From NCBI GenBank assembly GCA_036826635.1, contig DAISVY010000001.1:92425-156424 (forward strand): a stretch of 64,000 nt of DNA. The letters run 5' to 3'. The translations under genes and the position numbers were made by a program. The notes beneath the pieces were generated by a model, which ran no database searches, was not told where the DNA came from, and saw only the letters and a program-made list of their open reading frames with translations. Positions 1 through 10,915 of this stretch are shown here, one piece after another; the stretch's first letter is position 1; every line of letters starts with the position of its first letter. The stretch is from Candidatus Zixiibacteriota bacterium. Its GTDB lineage: Bacteria > Zixibacteria > MSB-5A5 > GN15 > FEB-12.

Positions 1-2127
<2,127 letters not shown>

Positions 2128-2179
2128 ATGTCTTTCTCCTCTGTGACTTCTTGCGCTTTGGCTGCCAGCCAACTTCCGT

Positions 2180-3148
2180 TCAGGCGATTTCGGAGGAATC
2201 CCCCAGATTCACCATTGAACTTTTACCTCGCAAAACCACGTCGTGCCCCACCAGGGAATCTTCCAAAATCATATTTTCGATCCTGACGTTACTGCTGACA
2301 ATGGAGTTGCGTATAATGCAATTTTTAATAACCGTATTTTCGGAGATCGATACGTTCGGCCCGATTACGGAACAGCTTACCTCGGCATCGGGATGGACGA
2401 AAACCGGGGAGATAACCCGCGAGTCGTTTAGCTCGGGGGTCTGATGCAGCGACGCCACCAGGTGACGGTTGGTGGATAGCATCGTTTCCTTCTTGCCGCA
2501 GTCGAACCACTCCGACACTTCGTACGGGACAAATCGGACACCTTCGCGTATCATCTTCTGCAAAGCATCGGTAAACTGAATTTCGCCCCGGGTTATCTGT
2601 CCCGACGCTACATGAGCATTCAGGACCCGCCTGAGTTGGTCGACTTTCTTGAAATAATACAAGCCGATCACGGCCAGGTTGGTCTTGGGCTCTTTCGGTT
2701 TCTCTTCCAGCTCGACCACCGAGCCGTTGTTCACCACCGCGATGCCGAAACGGCGAGGATCGTCAACCGCCTTCAGGCCGAGAACATAATCCCCCGCCGA
2801 AACGAACTTGCGCAGATCGCATTCGACTATTGTGTCGCCCAGGATAATAAGAAGATCGTCGTCGGGAAGGTCGCGGATGCCCATATCCAGAGCATAACCC
2901 AGCCCCAAAACCTTGTCCTGAGAAATGAAAGTCGCCTTGAACGAGTAATTATCTCGGACATATTCACGAATCGCTTCCCCTCTGAAACCGACCACGAAGA
3001 CGACCTCGTCAGGGTTCAGTTTGACTATCGGGTCGAGAAGATGGGCTATTATGGGTCTTCCCCCGACGTGCAGCAGGGGTTTGGGGAGTGAATACGTATG
3101 CGGCCGTAACCTGGTACCAGCCCCGGCGACCGGGATTACAACTCTCAT
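2180..3148 (-). CDS. Sugar-1-phosphate nucleotidyltransferase (NDP-sugar pyrophosphorylase), sugar specificity unknown
   Basis: 322 aa. The N-terminus [23 protein letters not shown] matches the GxGTRxxPx(n)PK signature. The C-terminus has a hexapeptide-repeat-like segment, [34 protein letters not shown]. Confidence 0.8.
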   Translation of the reverse strand: MRVVIPVAGAGTRLRPHTYSLPKPLLHVGGRPIIAHLLDPIVKLNPDEVVFVVGFRGEAIREYVRDNYSFKATFISQDKVLGLGYALDMGIRDLPDDDLLIILGDTIVECDLRKFVSAGDYVLGLKAVDDPRRFGIAVVNNGSVVELEEKPKEPKTNLAVIGLYYFKKVDQLRRVLNAHVASGQITRGEIQFTDALQKMIREGVRFVPYEVSEWFDCGKKETMLSTNRHLVASLHQTPELNDSRVISPVFVHPDAEVSCSVIGPNVSISENTVIKNCIIRNSIVSSNVRIENMILEDSLVGHDVVLRGKSSMVNLGDSSEIA

Positions 3149-3253
3149 TACTTATCCTTTCGCGACTCAGTCGAAGGTAGTTAATGAGATCGATTCAGAC
3201 AAGCACTATTCTGGAAGGTTAAGTCGTTGTCTGACTATCGCGGTTTCAACGAC

Positions 3254-4309
3254 TCATCGGGCGGGCATGATTGGTATATCAAGCGGCACGAAAGTCCTTT
3301 CGCCGTCGGCCGACATGAGGTAGCGTGCCGGTGAGGAGCCGTTGTCCCTGATTCCGACAGAGATGGTCGAAGGTGTTCCGGGATACTGAAAACGTCGGGA
3401 AACAAGTGTCACCTGACCCGGTTGCCAGGTTTCCGACGGAGAAACCGGTTGCAGATCGCAGGTCGTGGACTGGAGATTCTCGGTCATTTCGGAAAGAGCC
3501 GGATCGTCGCTGTTAAGTTGCAGGATGACGGCTAACTCGCACGGCACGGATTCGCGGGGGATCAGGTAAGCCTCGGCGATTACCCGGCCGGAATCGATAC
3601 GCTCCAGTCGCAGAGCCAGCAGGTCGATGGCCGGTTCGCCGAACGAGGCTATCGGTTCAACCGCCGGAGTGTCGGCCAGTCCCGCCTTGGCTGCAAGCAA
3701 CCGGTCGGCGACGGCCAGTGTGTCGGGCGATAGTGAGGCCAGTTTGGCGCGCAGCGGGGCGGCCAGATAATCGGCAAAGAAGCTCTGCGAGAGCGTGTCG
3801 GCCAGCATGAAATACCTTGTCAGGGTCAGGATTGCGTTCGGGTCGATCTTGTTCTGTCCGGTTATCGACGCGAGATCGATCAGAGGATCATCACCGGCCC
3901 GATGCCAGGCGGCAAACAGAGCGGCCCGGCGGCGGATTTGCTTATCACCCGGTCGGGCAAACGAGGCCAGCTCGTAGAACTCAGCCGCTCGGTAATAGCC
4001 GTCGAGGCCTCGATTCGTGAGTGTGTCGGCCATGTAACGGAACTTGCTTCCCAGGCGGTCGATTATCTGTCGCCAGTTGTCGTTGTCCAGAAGTTCCGAA
4101 TGCAGTGTATACAGGTTGCCGAACGAAGAAGTGATATCGGTCAGGGTTGTCATCTGCCCGTTTTCTATGGCTTCCAGCAGTTCAAGCGCGGGAGCGGGGA
4201 AGTTGTCCGGGTTGTCGGCCGTGTCGTATACCGGTTTATTCGGGTTATAACCGCACCCGGCCAGTGCGACGGCCAGGCCGACGATCAGCAATAGAGTCCA
4301 GTTTTTCAT
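3254..4309 (-). CDS. Hypothetical lipoprotein
   Basis: 351 aa. MKNWTLLLIVGLAVALAGC is a signal peptide plus lipobox (LAGC). No catalytic motif recognised. Last gene of the membrane-protein cluster. Confidence 0.6.
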   Translation of the reverse strand: MKNWTLLLIVGLAVALAGCGYNPNKPVYDTADNPDNFPAPALELLEAIENGQMTTLTDITSSFGNLYTLHSELLDNDNWRQIIDRLGSKFRYMADTLTNRGLDGYYRAAEFYELASFARPGDKQIRRRAALFAAWHRAGDDPLIDLASITGQNKIDPNAILTLTRYFMLADTLSQSFFADYLAAPLRAKLASLSPDTLAVADRLLAAKAGLADTPAVEPIASFGEPAIDLLALRLERIDSGRVIAEAYLIPRESVPCELAVILQLNSDDPALSEMTENLQSTTCDLQPVSPSETWQPGQVTLVSRRFQYPGTPSTISVGIRDNGSSPARYLMSADGERTFVPLDIPIMPAR

Positions 4310-4356
4310 AATGAATTATCTTAACCGAAAACTCAGGCGACAAAAGCGCGAGCCGC

Positions 4357-4986
4357 CTACAAAAACGATCCCAGCCAGTCCTCGATAAGGAACTGTACTC
4401 GACCGATCAGCAACGAGACGCGTCCCATAACGGTAAACCCGAAATGAGCGCCGAATGATATCATGATAAACCAAATACCGACTTTGGCGGTGGCTCCCAG
4501 AACACCGGTGTGTTCCTTGGAGAAGTAGAAATAAATCAGCGTCGAAATAACCCCCACCACAACGACAATCGCCAGCAGCATGGCCGCCCAGCCGTTGCCG
4601 TTGCCCAGGGAAAGCATGGTCGCTTTCATCTGGGGAAGAACGAGCCCGTGAAGCTGTGATATAATGAAGATACCGGCCGTGGTGCCCATAACGAAAGCCA
4701 GTGACGTACGCGATATCCAGGAGAGTTTGGGGAAGAAGCGGGCGAACATGAGAAAGCCCAGAATCCCCGGAACGAACAGCCACCAGTGACCGGACAGCAT
4801 GGGGTCCCAGAGTTGCTGAACGATAACCGTGTCCCAGATCAGCCCCACGTAATACCCCGCCGACAGGCCGGCGAAGATATGCTCAGCCACTTTATAGATC
4901 GGATTGTCCTTGTACAGGAACGAGAACAGGGCCAGAGTGAAGAAAGCAATCACCCAGATTTGCAGGACTTCCACCATGTTCGTCAA
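4357..4986 (-). CDS. Hypothetical polytopic membrane protein (about 6 TM)
   Basis: 209 aa with about six hydrophobic helices, e.g. VLQIWVIAFFTLALFSFLY and WAAMLLAIVVVVGVISTLIYFYF. The start overlaps the upstream stop by 4 nt. No family recognised. Confidence 0.6.
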   Translation of the reverse strand: MTNMVEVLQIWVIAFFTLALFSFLYKDNPIYKVAEHIFAGLSAGYYVGLIWDTVIVQQLWDPMLSGHWWLFVPGILGFLMFARFFPKLSWISRTSLAFVMGTTAGIFIISQLHGLVLPQMKATMLSLGNGNGWAAMLLAIVVVVGVISTLIYFYFSKEHTGVLGATAKVGIWFIMISFGAHFGFTVMGRVSLLIGRVQFLIEDWLGSFL

Positions 4987-5816
4987 CCGACCTTTCTCCG
5001 GTGTGATCGGTTGACGAAGTAACCGATGTTGCCCAAGATGACCAGCACGATGATCAACAGGTGGACCATCGACTGCGCTCCCATGCCGGCGACCGCTTTG
5101 TCGGGTTTGCTGATCAGTTGTTCATACTCCGCGGCTCCCTTCATGCCGCCCAGCAGACCGACAAACTGACCGGCTGTCACGAAAGCGTAATACTTGGGGG
5201 CACTGACAGCCGTAACACCGCAGCCGATAGGGGTGCCATACTGTGCGTTTACGATTGACACCCAGTAGTCCGCCGTGGCGTTGTCGGCCACCTCGAATAT
5301 AAAAGCCACGTCATCGTAGTTCTTCACGCTGTCCATCAGCGGTAATTCCGCCAGTGGTGTTCCGCTGTTGTCAGTGGGGAATATGCTTTCGATAGACGTC
5401 CCCATGCCCGAGAGAACCGCTACGTAATTGGCTTTGTATCCCAGGTTCACGTAGTCCACGCCATAGACCTTGTCGTACTCGGGTGCGATCGAACGGGTGA
5501 CGGTTTCGGCCATGGACGGTCCCCCCAGCGGGATATTGCTCAGCGTGACCACCCGACAATCTTTTCTGAAAAAGTGGTGCAGGGCGGTCGTGGTCATCGG
5601 TTCACATTCGGCAATGGTGGAGGGATAGTAATCGAATACCAGCATGACTATCGAGGAATCGGGGAGTTGCTCGACGGCATTATAGAGCATCCGCGCCTCG
5701 GGCGTGATACTGATAGGCAGCGTTACGGGAAGAAGGAACGGCAGAATAACCGCTATGCCCACCATCAGGTAGACCCAGCGACGATCCATGCCTTCCATTT
5801 TTTCCCAGAATCGCAC
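4983..5816 (-). CDS. Hypothetical bitopic membrane protein with ~200-aa soluble domain
   Basis: 277 aa. N-terminal TM WVYLMVGIAVILPFLL, then a soluble middle, then a C-terminal TM MVHLLIIVLVILGNIGYFV followed by the basic tail NRSHRRKVG. Confidence 0.6.
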   Translation of the reverse strand: MRFWEKMEGMDRRWVYLMVGIAVILPFLLPVTLPISITPEARMLYNAVEQLPDSSIVMLVFDYYPSTIAECEPMTTTALHHFFRKDCRVVTLSNIPLGGPSMAETVTRSIAPEYDKVYGVDYVNLGYKANYVAVLSGMGTSIESIFPTDNSGTPLAELPLMDSVKNYDDVAFIFEVADNATADYWVSIVNAQYGTPIGCGVTAVSAPKYYAFVTAGQFVGLLGGMKGAAEYEQLISKPDKAVAGMGAQSMVHLLIIVLVILGNIGYFVNRSHRRKVG

Positions 5817-5819
5817 GTC

Positions 5820-6479
5820 TTATCCTTTACCCATATAGGTTCGCTCTATGCCCAGAATAATGCGCAGGGACATGGAAGCCGCCCCCAGCGCCGCCCCGAT
5901 TATGATACCGCGTTGCACCGCCATGTTGGCGCCGTTCATAATGTACGTATTGAGAAAACTCGGGATGTCGCCGGGCAGTTCGTTAAGCAGCCACTCACCC
6001 ATGGGCACCCGCCAGAGCATGACCAGGGTTGCGGTCAGCAGCAGAATTGTCGATTCGGCACTTCTGGCCCGAAACGCCCGATAGGCCGCGGAGGCGATGT
6101 AAAAAGCGAGGGTCGCAAACATCGTGGCCATCATCGGCGAATCCATGTACGTGAACAACCAGTCGTATATGGACCCCGGGGCCCGTCCGAACAGGGGAGA
6201 CCAGGAAGACGGGAAAACGGCCGGAATAGCCATGGCGAATATCGAAATCAGCGTCAGGACATTATAAAACCAGCCATCTTTGCGTCTGATTACGGCGGTC
6301 AGGTTGACCCGGGTAATTGATACCACGCCCAGCAGCAGGGTAAAACCGCCCACGATAGTCAGCCAGATTTTGATCTCCTGGGAAAGGCCGCCTACGAATG
6401 TGCTCTCATTGAAAAAGAACGAGACGATCAGGATCAAACCGACCAGGAAGGCTACCGCAACTGGGACTGTCGTTCTCAT
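5820..6479 (-). CDS. Hypothetical polytopic membrane protein (about 6 TM)
   Basis: 219 aa with repeated hydrophobic helices, e.g. VPVAVAFLVGLILIVSFFF and MMATMFATLAFYIASAAYRAF. Only a 3-nt gap to the downstream gene. Confidence 0.6.
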   Translation of the reverse strand: MRTTVPVAVAFLVGLILIVSFFFNESTFVGGLSQEIKIWLTIVGGFTLLLGVVSITRVNLTAVIRRKDGWFYNVLTLISIFAMAIPAVFPSSWSPLFGRAPGSIYDWLFTYMDSPMMATMFATLAFYIASAAYRAFRARSAESTILLLTATLVMLWRVPMGEWLLNELPGDIPSFLNTYIMNGANMAVQRGIIIGAALGAASMSLRIILGIERTYMGKG

Positions 6480-6502
6480 ATCAGTATAGGGCCCTTAACT
6501 CG

Positions 6503-7381
6503 TCATACCGCGTTGAACCACCCGAGGAATGTGTCACCGATCCCCAGTGTGACCAATAGCACCCCGACGATAATACAGAAGATGATTATCATCTTGATGA
6601 AGTCCTGCCCTTTGAGACCGCCCAGCATGATCGGTTCATGCGAGAGATAAGCCGAGGCGGCGTACAGTTCTTCCCCCATAAGGGTGTAGTCGCAGGCGGC
6701 AATGAAGAACGGAAGTTGTTCGGGCCGGGCCGTTCCGGCTATCTGGATGGAACCGGCGGCGTTGCCGGTTTCGGCCAGAAGCAGTGATTCGGCGAAAAAC
6801 GCTCCCATATATATATTGGTGGCGGGTCGTTCCCGCATCATATACCCGTTGACATTGGCCGTGAATGCGAACTGCTCGCCAGCCACGTATCGAACCATAT
6901 CTTTGTCGTAGGCGTCCGGTTTGCCCATTTCGATATAGGCCTGTTCCACCACTTCCTGACCGGCGGCCAGAACCAGCGGATACCGCACCGGCACCATCAG
7001 GGGTGTTTCGTACTGAGCCGTTATTTTGGCTACCCGTCCCAGGATGGAGATCCCGGCGATTGTCTCTATCTCGTCGAGTTCGGAAATGCCGGGGATAAAA
7101 AGGACCGGCCGCCCCATTTCGGTGGCCCGGCCGACCGCCTCTTCAATGGCATCGAGACCGGGTATCTTGCGCAGGAACAGCTTCCGGCCTTCTTTGGCCC
7201 ACTTGGTATATAAAAGAATCGCGACTGAAAATACGAGGACCAGAATCAGGGCGTTGATACGATCCGTACGGAAGATGACATCAGCGGGAGGTTGAGCCAG
7301 TACCGATTCCTGCCCGCCGCAAAGCAGAAAAAAACAGGCAAGCGTAATCACCTCACGGCATTTTCGGGCAGGTTTATGCAC
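6503..7381 (-). CDS. Hypothetical membrane protein with ~200-aa soluble domain (first gene of cluster)
   Basis: 292 aa. Two N-terminal hydrophobic segments, a soluble core (…GRPVLFIPGISELDEIETIAGISILGRVA…) and a C-terminal TM FIKMIIIFCIIVGVLLVTLGI. No motif I can assign. Confidence 0.6.
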   Translation of the reverse strand: MHKPARKCREVITLACFFLLCGGQESVLAQPPADVIFRTDRINALILVLVFSVAILLYTKWAKEGRKLFLRKIPGLDAIEEAVGRATEMGRPVLFIPGISELDEIETIAGISILGRVAKITAQYETPLMVPVRYPLVLAAGQEVVEQAYIEMGKPDAYDKDMVRYVAGEQFAFTANVNGYMMRERPATNIYMGAFFAESLLLAETGNAAGSIQIAGTARPEQLPFFIAACDYTLMGEELYAASAYLSHEPIMLGGLKGQDFIKMIIIFCIIVGVLLVTLGIGDTFLGWFNAV

Positions 7382-7468
7382 GAGCCAATATACGATTTAT
7401 TGCAGCTTTGTCAATCCGGCGAGTTTCAGATTACCGCCATAAAGTAGATATATCGGGCGGGTGGCCAT

Positions 7469-7684
7469 TCAATCCCAGGTGGCCATCTCCGCCCGAAGTT
7501 TTTCCACGAGAAGGTCGATCCGCTCCTCGGACCAGCCTTTCTCGCGAGCGAGTTGCCCCAGCGAACCCCAATAGGGCTGACCGCAGATAACGCACGGCAA
7601 CCCCTCGTTAATAAGAAAGCGAACCACCCTTGTATCGGTTTCCACCAGCTCTTCCGTCAGGGTGTCTTTGCTCAGAGATTCCAC
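7469..7684 (-). CDS. Small DUF1858-like (hybrid-cluster-protein-associated redox disulfide) domain protein
   Basis: 71 aa. The pattern FLINEGLPCVICGQPYWGSLGQLAREKGWSEERIDLLVEKL resembles the DUF1858 consensus recalled from memory (G.xCxxCx(n)tLxxAaxxxG…ll..L). Confidence 0.5.
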   Translation of the reverse strand: MESLSKDTLTEELVETDTRVVRFLINEGLPCVICGQPYWGSLGQLAREKGWSEERIDLLVEKLRAEMATWD

Positions 7685-7686
7685 GT

Positions 7687-8784
7687 TTACACTGTTCCTT
7701 CCGTCGGGGCGGATTCATGTTTGGACAGTGCTTCTTTAAGGTCATCGATAGCAGCTACCGGGGTGGGGTCCACTTCGTACAGGATAGCCAGATAGTACGA
7801 TACAAAATCACCCATCTGGATAAGATTGAACATCCTCTCCAGTTCCGTTTCGCCGGAGGCGTAAAGGTCGATTACCTGAACGTCGTGATGCTCTATGATT
7901 TCTTTTACTATTGACATGCGGGCGGAAATCTTGGGGTGATCTTCGGTATCCCGCAGGTTGATCACGATAAAGTATTCTTTGAATGTATCGACCAGTTTGG
8001 ACCACCCGACCAACTCATTGTGGTTGAACTCGGCGTAGAGGTTGCTGAACGACAGCATCTTGCTGTTTTCGCAGATCTGCTGTTTCCAGCGCAGGGCGAC
8101 CACATCGGTCAAAGTGGGACCGGCGTAGATGATGGGAATTTTGCCGTAGATCAACTGGGCCAGTTGCTTGGCCGGATTCTGGTTGACCTCTCGATCTTCG
8201 ATCATTCTGCCCCGAGTGCTGTCCAGATGAGAGATAGCTTTCTTGATCCGTTCGGCCGCGTCTTTGATAAGGCCGATTTTTTCCAGAAAAACCAGTTGGG
8301 GAACGAAAGAGTACCCGATAGCCGCCCGGGGTTGCAACCCGCCGGGCAATTTAAGCATCGGTATTTCGTTGAGGGTGGCGACTTCTTCCAGTAACCCCCC
8401 CGACGTCAGTGCGACAATCATGGCTTTGCGATCCAGCGCGTCGTCGACCGCCGCCAGTGTTTCCTCCGTATTGCCACTGTATGAGAGAGCAATTACGAGA
8501 CTTTCGTCGTCGACGTATTCCGGCAGGACGTAGTTGCGACAAATCTGCATCGGTATCAGCAGTTCCCCTGAGAGATACGATCTCAGCAGATCTCCGGCCA
8601 TGGCTGACCCGCCCATGCCGACCACCACGATATTCTTGACATCCGGGAAATCATTGGCCTGAACGTTCCATCCGCCGGCCATTTTCAGGGCCTTTGTCAT
8701 TTGCTCGGGCAGATCGAATATGAGGTTGTACATATTGCCCGGATCGAGAGAGCGCAGTGTATCTATGTCGTTGAGTATAGACAA
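7687..8784 (-). CDS. SIS-domain bifunctional phosphoglucose/phosphomannose isomerase family protein
   Basis: 365 aa. It has the SIS phosphosugar-binding pattern VVVGMGGSAMAGDLL and a second SIS-like half. Length and layout match the PGI/PMI family. The split between the two activities cannot be verified from sequence alone. Confidence 0.72.
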   Translation of the reverse strand: MSILNDIDTLRSLDPGNMYNLIFDLPEQMTKALKMAGGWNVQANDFPDVKNIVVVGMGGSAMAGDLLRSYLSGELLIPMQICRNYVLPEYVDDESLVIALSYSGNTEETLAAVDDALDRKAMIVALTSGGLLEEVATLNEIPMLKLPGGLQPRAAIGYSFVPQLVFLEKIGLIKDAAERIKKAISHLDSTRGRMIEDREVNQNPAKQLAQLIYGKIPIIYAGPTLTDVVALRWKQQICENSKMLSFSNLYAEFNHNELVGWSKLVDTFKEYFIVINLRDTEDHPKISARMSIVKEIIEHHDVQVIDLYASGETELERMFNLIQMGDFVSYYLAILYEVDPTPVAAIDDLKEALSKHESAPTEGTV

Positions 8785-8815
8785 GATGACGTTTCCTGTT
8801 ACTTAAAGTTTGCCT

Positions 8816-10558
8816 TCATTTAATAAGAGCGTTCCTGTAGCTCTCCAGTTTGCGTACGACAGCACTGGCGGAGTTGCTCGAAACAACCGGGCCCACCAGG
8901 TGCCGTACGAGATTGGAGTCAATTTTCTTTACGAGACGGCAGATGTCAAGAATCTTCGACGGATTCATAGATAAACCGGAAACCCCCATACCCACAAAAA
9001 GCGGCAGGGCCAGAGGGTTACCAGCCACTTCGCCACAGATATAGGCCGGTTTGCCGTGCCGTTTGCAGGCCTCGACCGTTGTACGGATCAGCTTCAGAAC
9101 CGCGGGGTGAAAGCTGTTGTAAAGGCCGGCCACCTTGGTATTGCTGCGGTCTGCCGCCATTGTGTACTGGGTAAGGTCGTTGGAACCGATTGAGACGAAA
9201 TCGACCTTTTGAATCAACTGGTCAGCCATCAGGGCCGCCGACGGCACTTCGATCATGATACCGATATGGATATCGTGATCGTAGGGAATACCCTTACGGC
9301 GCAGTTCCAGCATGGCCTGGGAAATTATGCGTCGAGCCTTTCGCAGCTCGCTGATATCCGATATCATAGGGAGCAGAATCCGTATGTTTTTGTGTACCGA
9401 GGCCCGGAGAATCGCTTTGATCTGGGTCTTGAAAGCCCGGGGCAGCTCAAGCATACAGCGGATGCCCCGCCAGCCCATGGCCGGGTTATCCTCTTTGGGT
9501 ACGGCCCAGTCGGCCTTGACCTTGTCCGAACCCAGATCGAACGTCCGCAATATCACCTGTGTCTGTGCGTATTTGTCCGCTATGCGCCAGTAGAACTGAT
9601 ATTGAGTTTCTTCGTCCGGGAATTCATCCCCGTCCAGATAAAGAAATTCCGTCCGATACAGCCCAATCGGGATTTTCTGCGCCGAGAGGACATCGTCAAC
9701 CGGTCCCGGGAACTCCAGATTGGCACTGATCGGCACCGGTACCCCGTCGGCCGTCAGAGGGGGGATCTGGGTGAGTTTTTTGATGCGCTTTATTGTCGCC
9801 GGTCCCTGCCGTTTGCGTTTGCGCTGATATTCGGTCCAGTCTTTGTCCGAGGGGTTGACAATTACCTGACCGTTGGTGCCGTCGACGATCACCCGGCAGT
9901 TGTTGGGGATGCTGGCCCAGGCCGCATCGATAACCGTCATAGGCACCGTTAACGAGCGCGCTATGAGGGCCATGTGGGAATCGGCTCCCCCTTCGGCCGT
10001 GAGAAAACCGATGGCCCGGCGATGGCGATAGTAGAGAACCTCACCCGAAGAAAGAGTTTTGGAAACAACAATCGTATTCTCGGGTAGCTTGGCTACGGAA
10101 CGTTTGCCGAAACCGCTCAAATGCGAGAGCACTCTTTTGGAGACCGCTTCGATTTCCTGAACCATTTGTCGCAGATAGGGATCGGACGAGCGCTTGAGTT
10201 GTAAAGTCGTTTCCTGAACCAGGGAATTGTATACGAAACCGGCGTTGCGGCGTCGTTCGCCTATTTGTTTCCGTACGCGGCTCAGAAATTCCTGGTCGTT
10301 GGCGATAAGTAATTGGGCGTCAAAGATTTTTGGCACCGACCCGCCCATTTTCTTGCCCGCCGAGTCACGAAGCTGAGAAAGCTCACTTATCGTTTCGACT
10401 ATCGCTTTTTCCAGGGCGGCGATTTCGGTATTGACACGCGAGGCCGGAATGACCACCTCAGCCACGGTCATATGCCCGGGTGTGACAACCCATGTTCTGC
10501 CCAGCGCGATACCGGAGGATACACCGAATCCTTTGATTATTTTGCGTTTTGTAAACAT
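8816..10558 (-). CDS. ptsI: Phosphoenolpyruvate-protein phosphotransferase (PTS Enzyme I)
   Basis: 580 aa. Active-site His region TAEGGADSHMALIARSL, PEP-utilising signature VSIGSNDLTQYTMAADR, and C-terminal CGEVAGNP. Confidence 0.92.
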   Translation of the reverse strand: MFTKRKIIKGFGVSSGIALGRTWVVTPGHMTVAEVVIPASRVNTEIAALEKAIVETISELSQLRDSAGKKMGGSVPKIFDAQLLIANDQEFLSRVRKQIGERRRNAGFVYNSLVQETTLQLKRSSDPYLRQMVQEIEAVSKRVLSHLSGFGKRSVAKLPENTIVVSKTLSSGEVLYYRHRRAIGFLTAEGGADSHMALIARSLTVPMTVIDAAWASIPNNCRVIVDGTNGQVIVNPSDKDWTEYQRKRKRQGPATIKRIKKLTQIPPLTADGVPVPISANLEFPGPVDDVLSAQKIPIGLYRTEFLYLDGDEFPDEETQYQFYWRIADKYAQTQVILRTFDLGSDKVKADWAVPKEDNPAMGWRGIRCMLELPRAFKTQIKAILRASVHKNIRILLPMISDISELRKARRIISQAMLELRRKGIPYDHDIHIGIMIEVPSAALMADQLIQKVDFVSIGSNDLTQYTMAADRSNTKVAGLYNSFHPAVLKLIRTTVEACKRHGKPAYICGEVAGNPLALPLFVGMGVSGLSMNPSKILDICRLVKKIDSNLVRHLVGPVVSSNSASAVVRKLESYRNALIK

Positions 10559-10639
10559 ACCTTTTGGTCGTGTGCGACTGTCACCACCGCATCAACACCA
10601 TGATAGGGAAAGCTGTCGGTTAATGGCAAGTGGAATATA

Positions 10640-10912
10640 TCAGTGATCGTTCTCACCGAAACCGGAAGCGATTACCGCGACTATTTCCTCGGCGGCCGCT
10701 TCTTCGTCCGGACCGTTAGCCTCAACCGTGATTTGTGAACCCATCTCAGCGGCCAGCATCATTACGCCCATAATGGATTTGCCATTGACCCGAAGATCTC
10801 CCTTGGTCAGATACACCTCGGCCTCATACTTGGTGGCGGCTGATACGAGCATCGCCGACGGCCGCGCGTGCAAACCGAGCCTGTTGACTATCCTTGCGGT
10901 GCGGGTGACCAT
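10640..10912 (-). CDS. ptsH: Phosphocarrier protein HPr
   Basis: 90 aa. GLHARPSA carries His15 and VNGKSIMGVMML carries the regulatory Ser46. Confidence 0.9.
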   Translation of the reverse strand: MVTRTARIVNRLGLHARPSAMLVSAATKYEAEVYLTKGDLRVNGKSIMGVMMLAAEMGSQITVEANGPDEEAAAEEIVAVIASGFGENDH

Positions 10913-10915
10913 ATC

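Noticed and set aside
2128-2179. A possible SAM or SAH riboswitch upstream of metK-ahcY. A small hairpin, TTGGCT-ggc-AGCCAA, lies at 2158-2172.
   Set aside because: Only 52 nt separate the upstream stop from the metK start. That is too short for SAM-I or SAH elements. I cannot match the 6-bp hairpin to any compact SAM-class consensus from memory. An Rfam scan would be needed before claiming anything.
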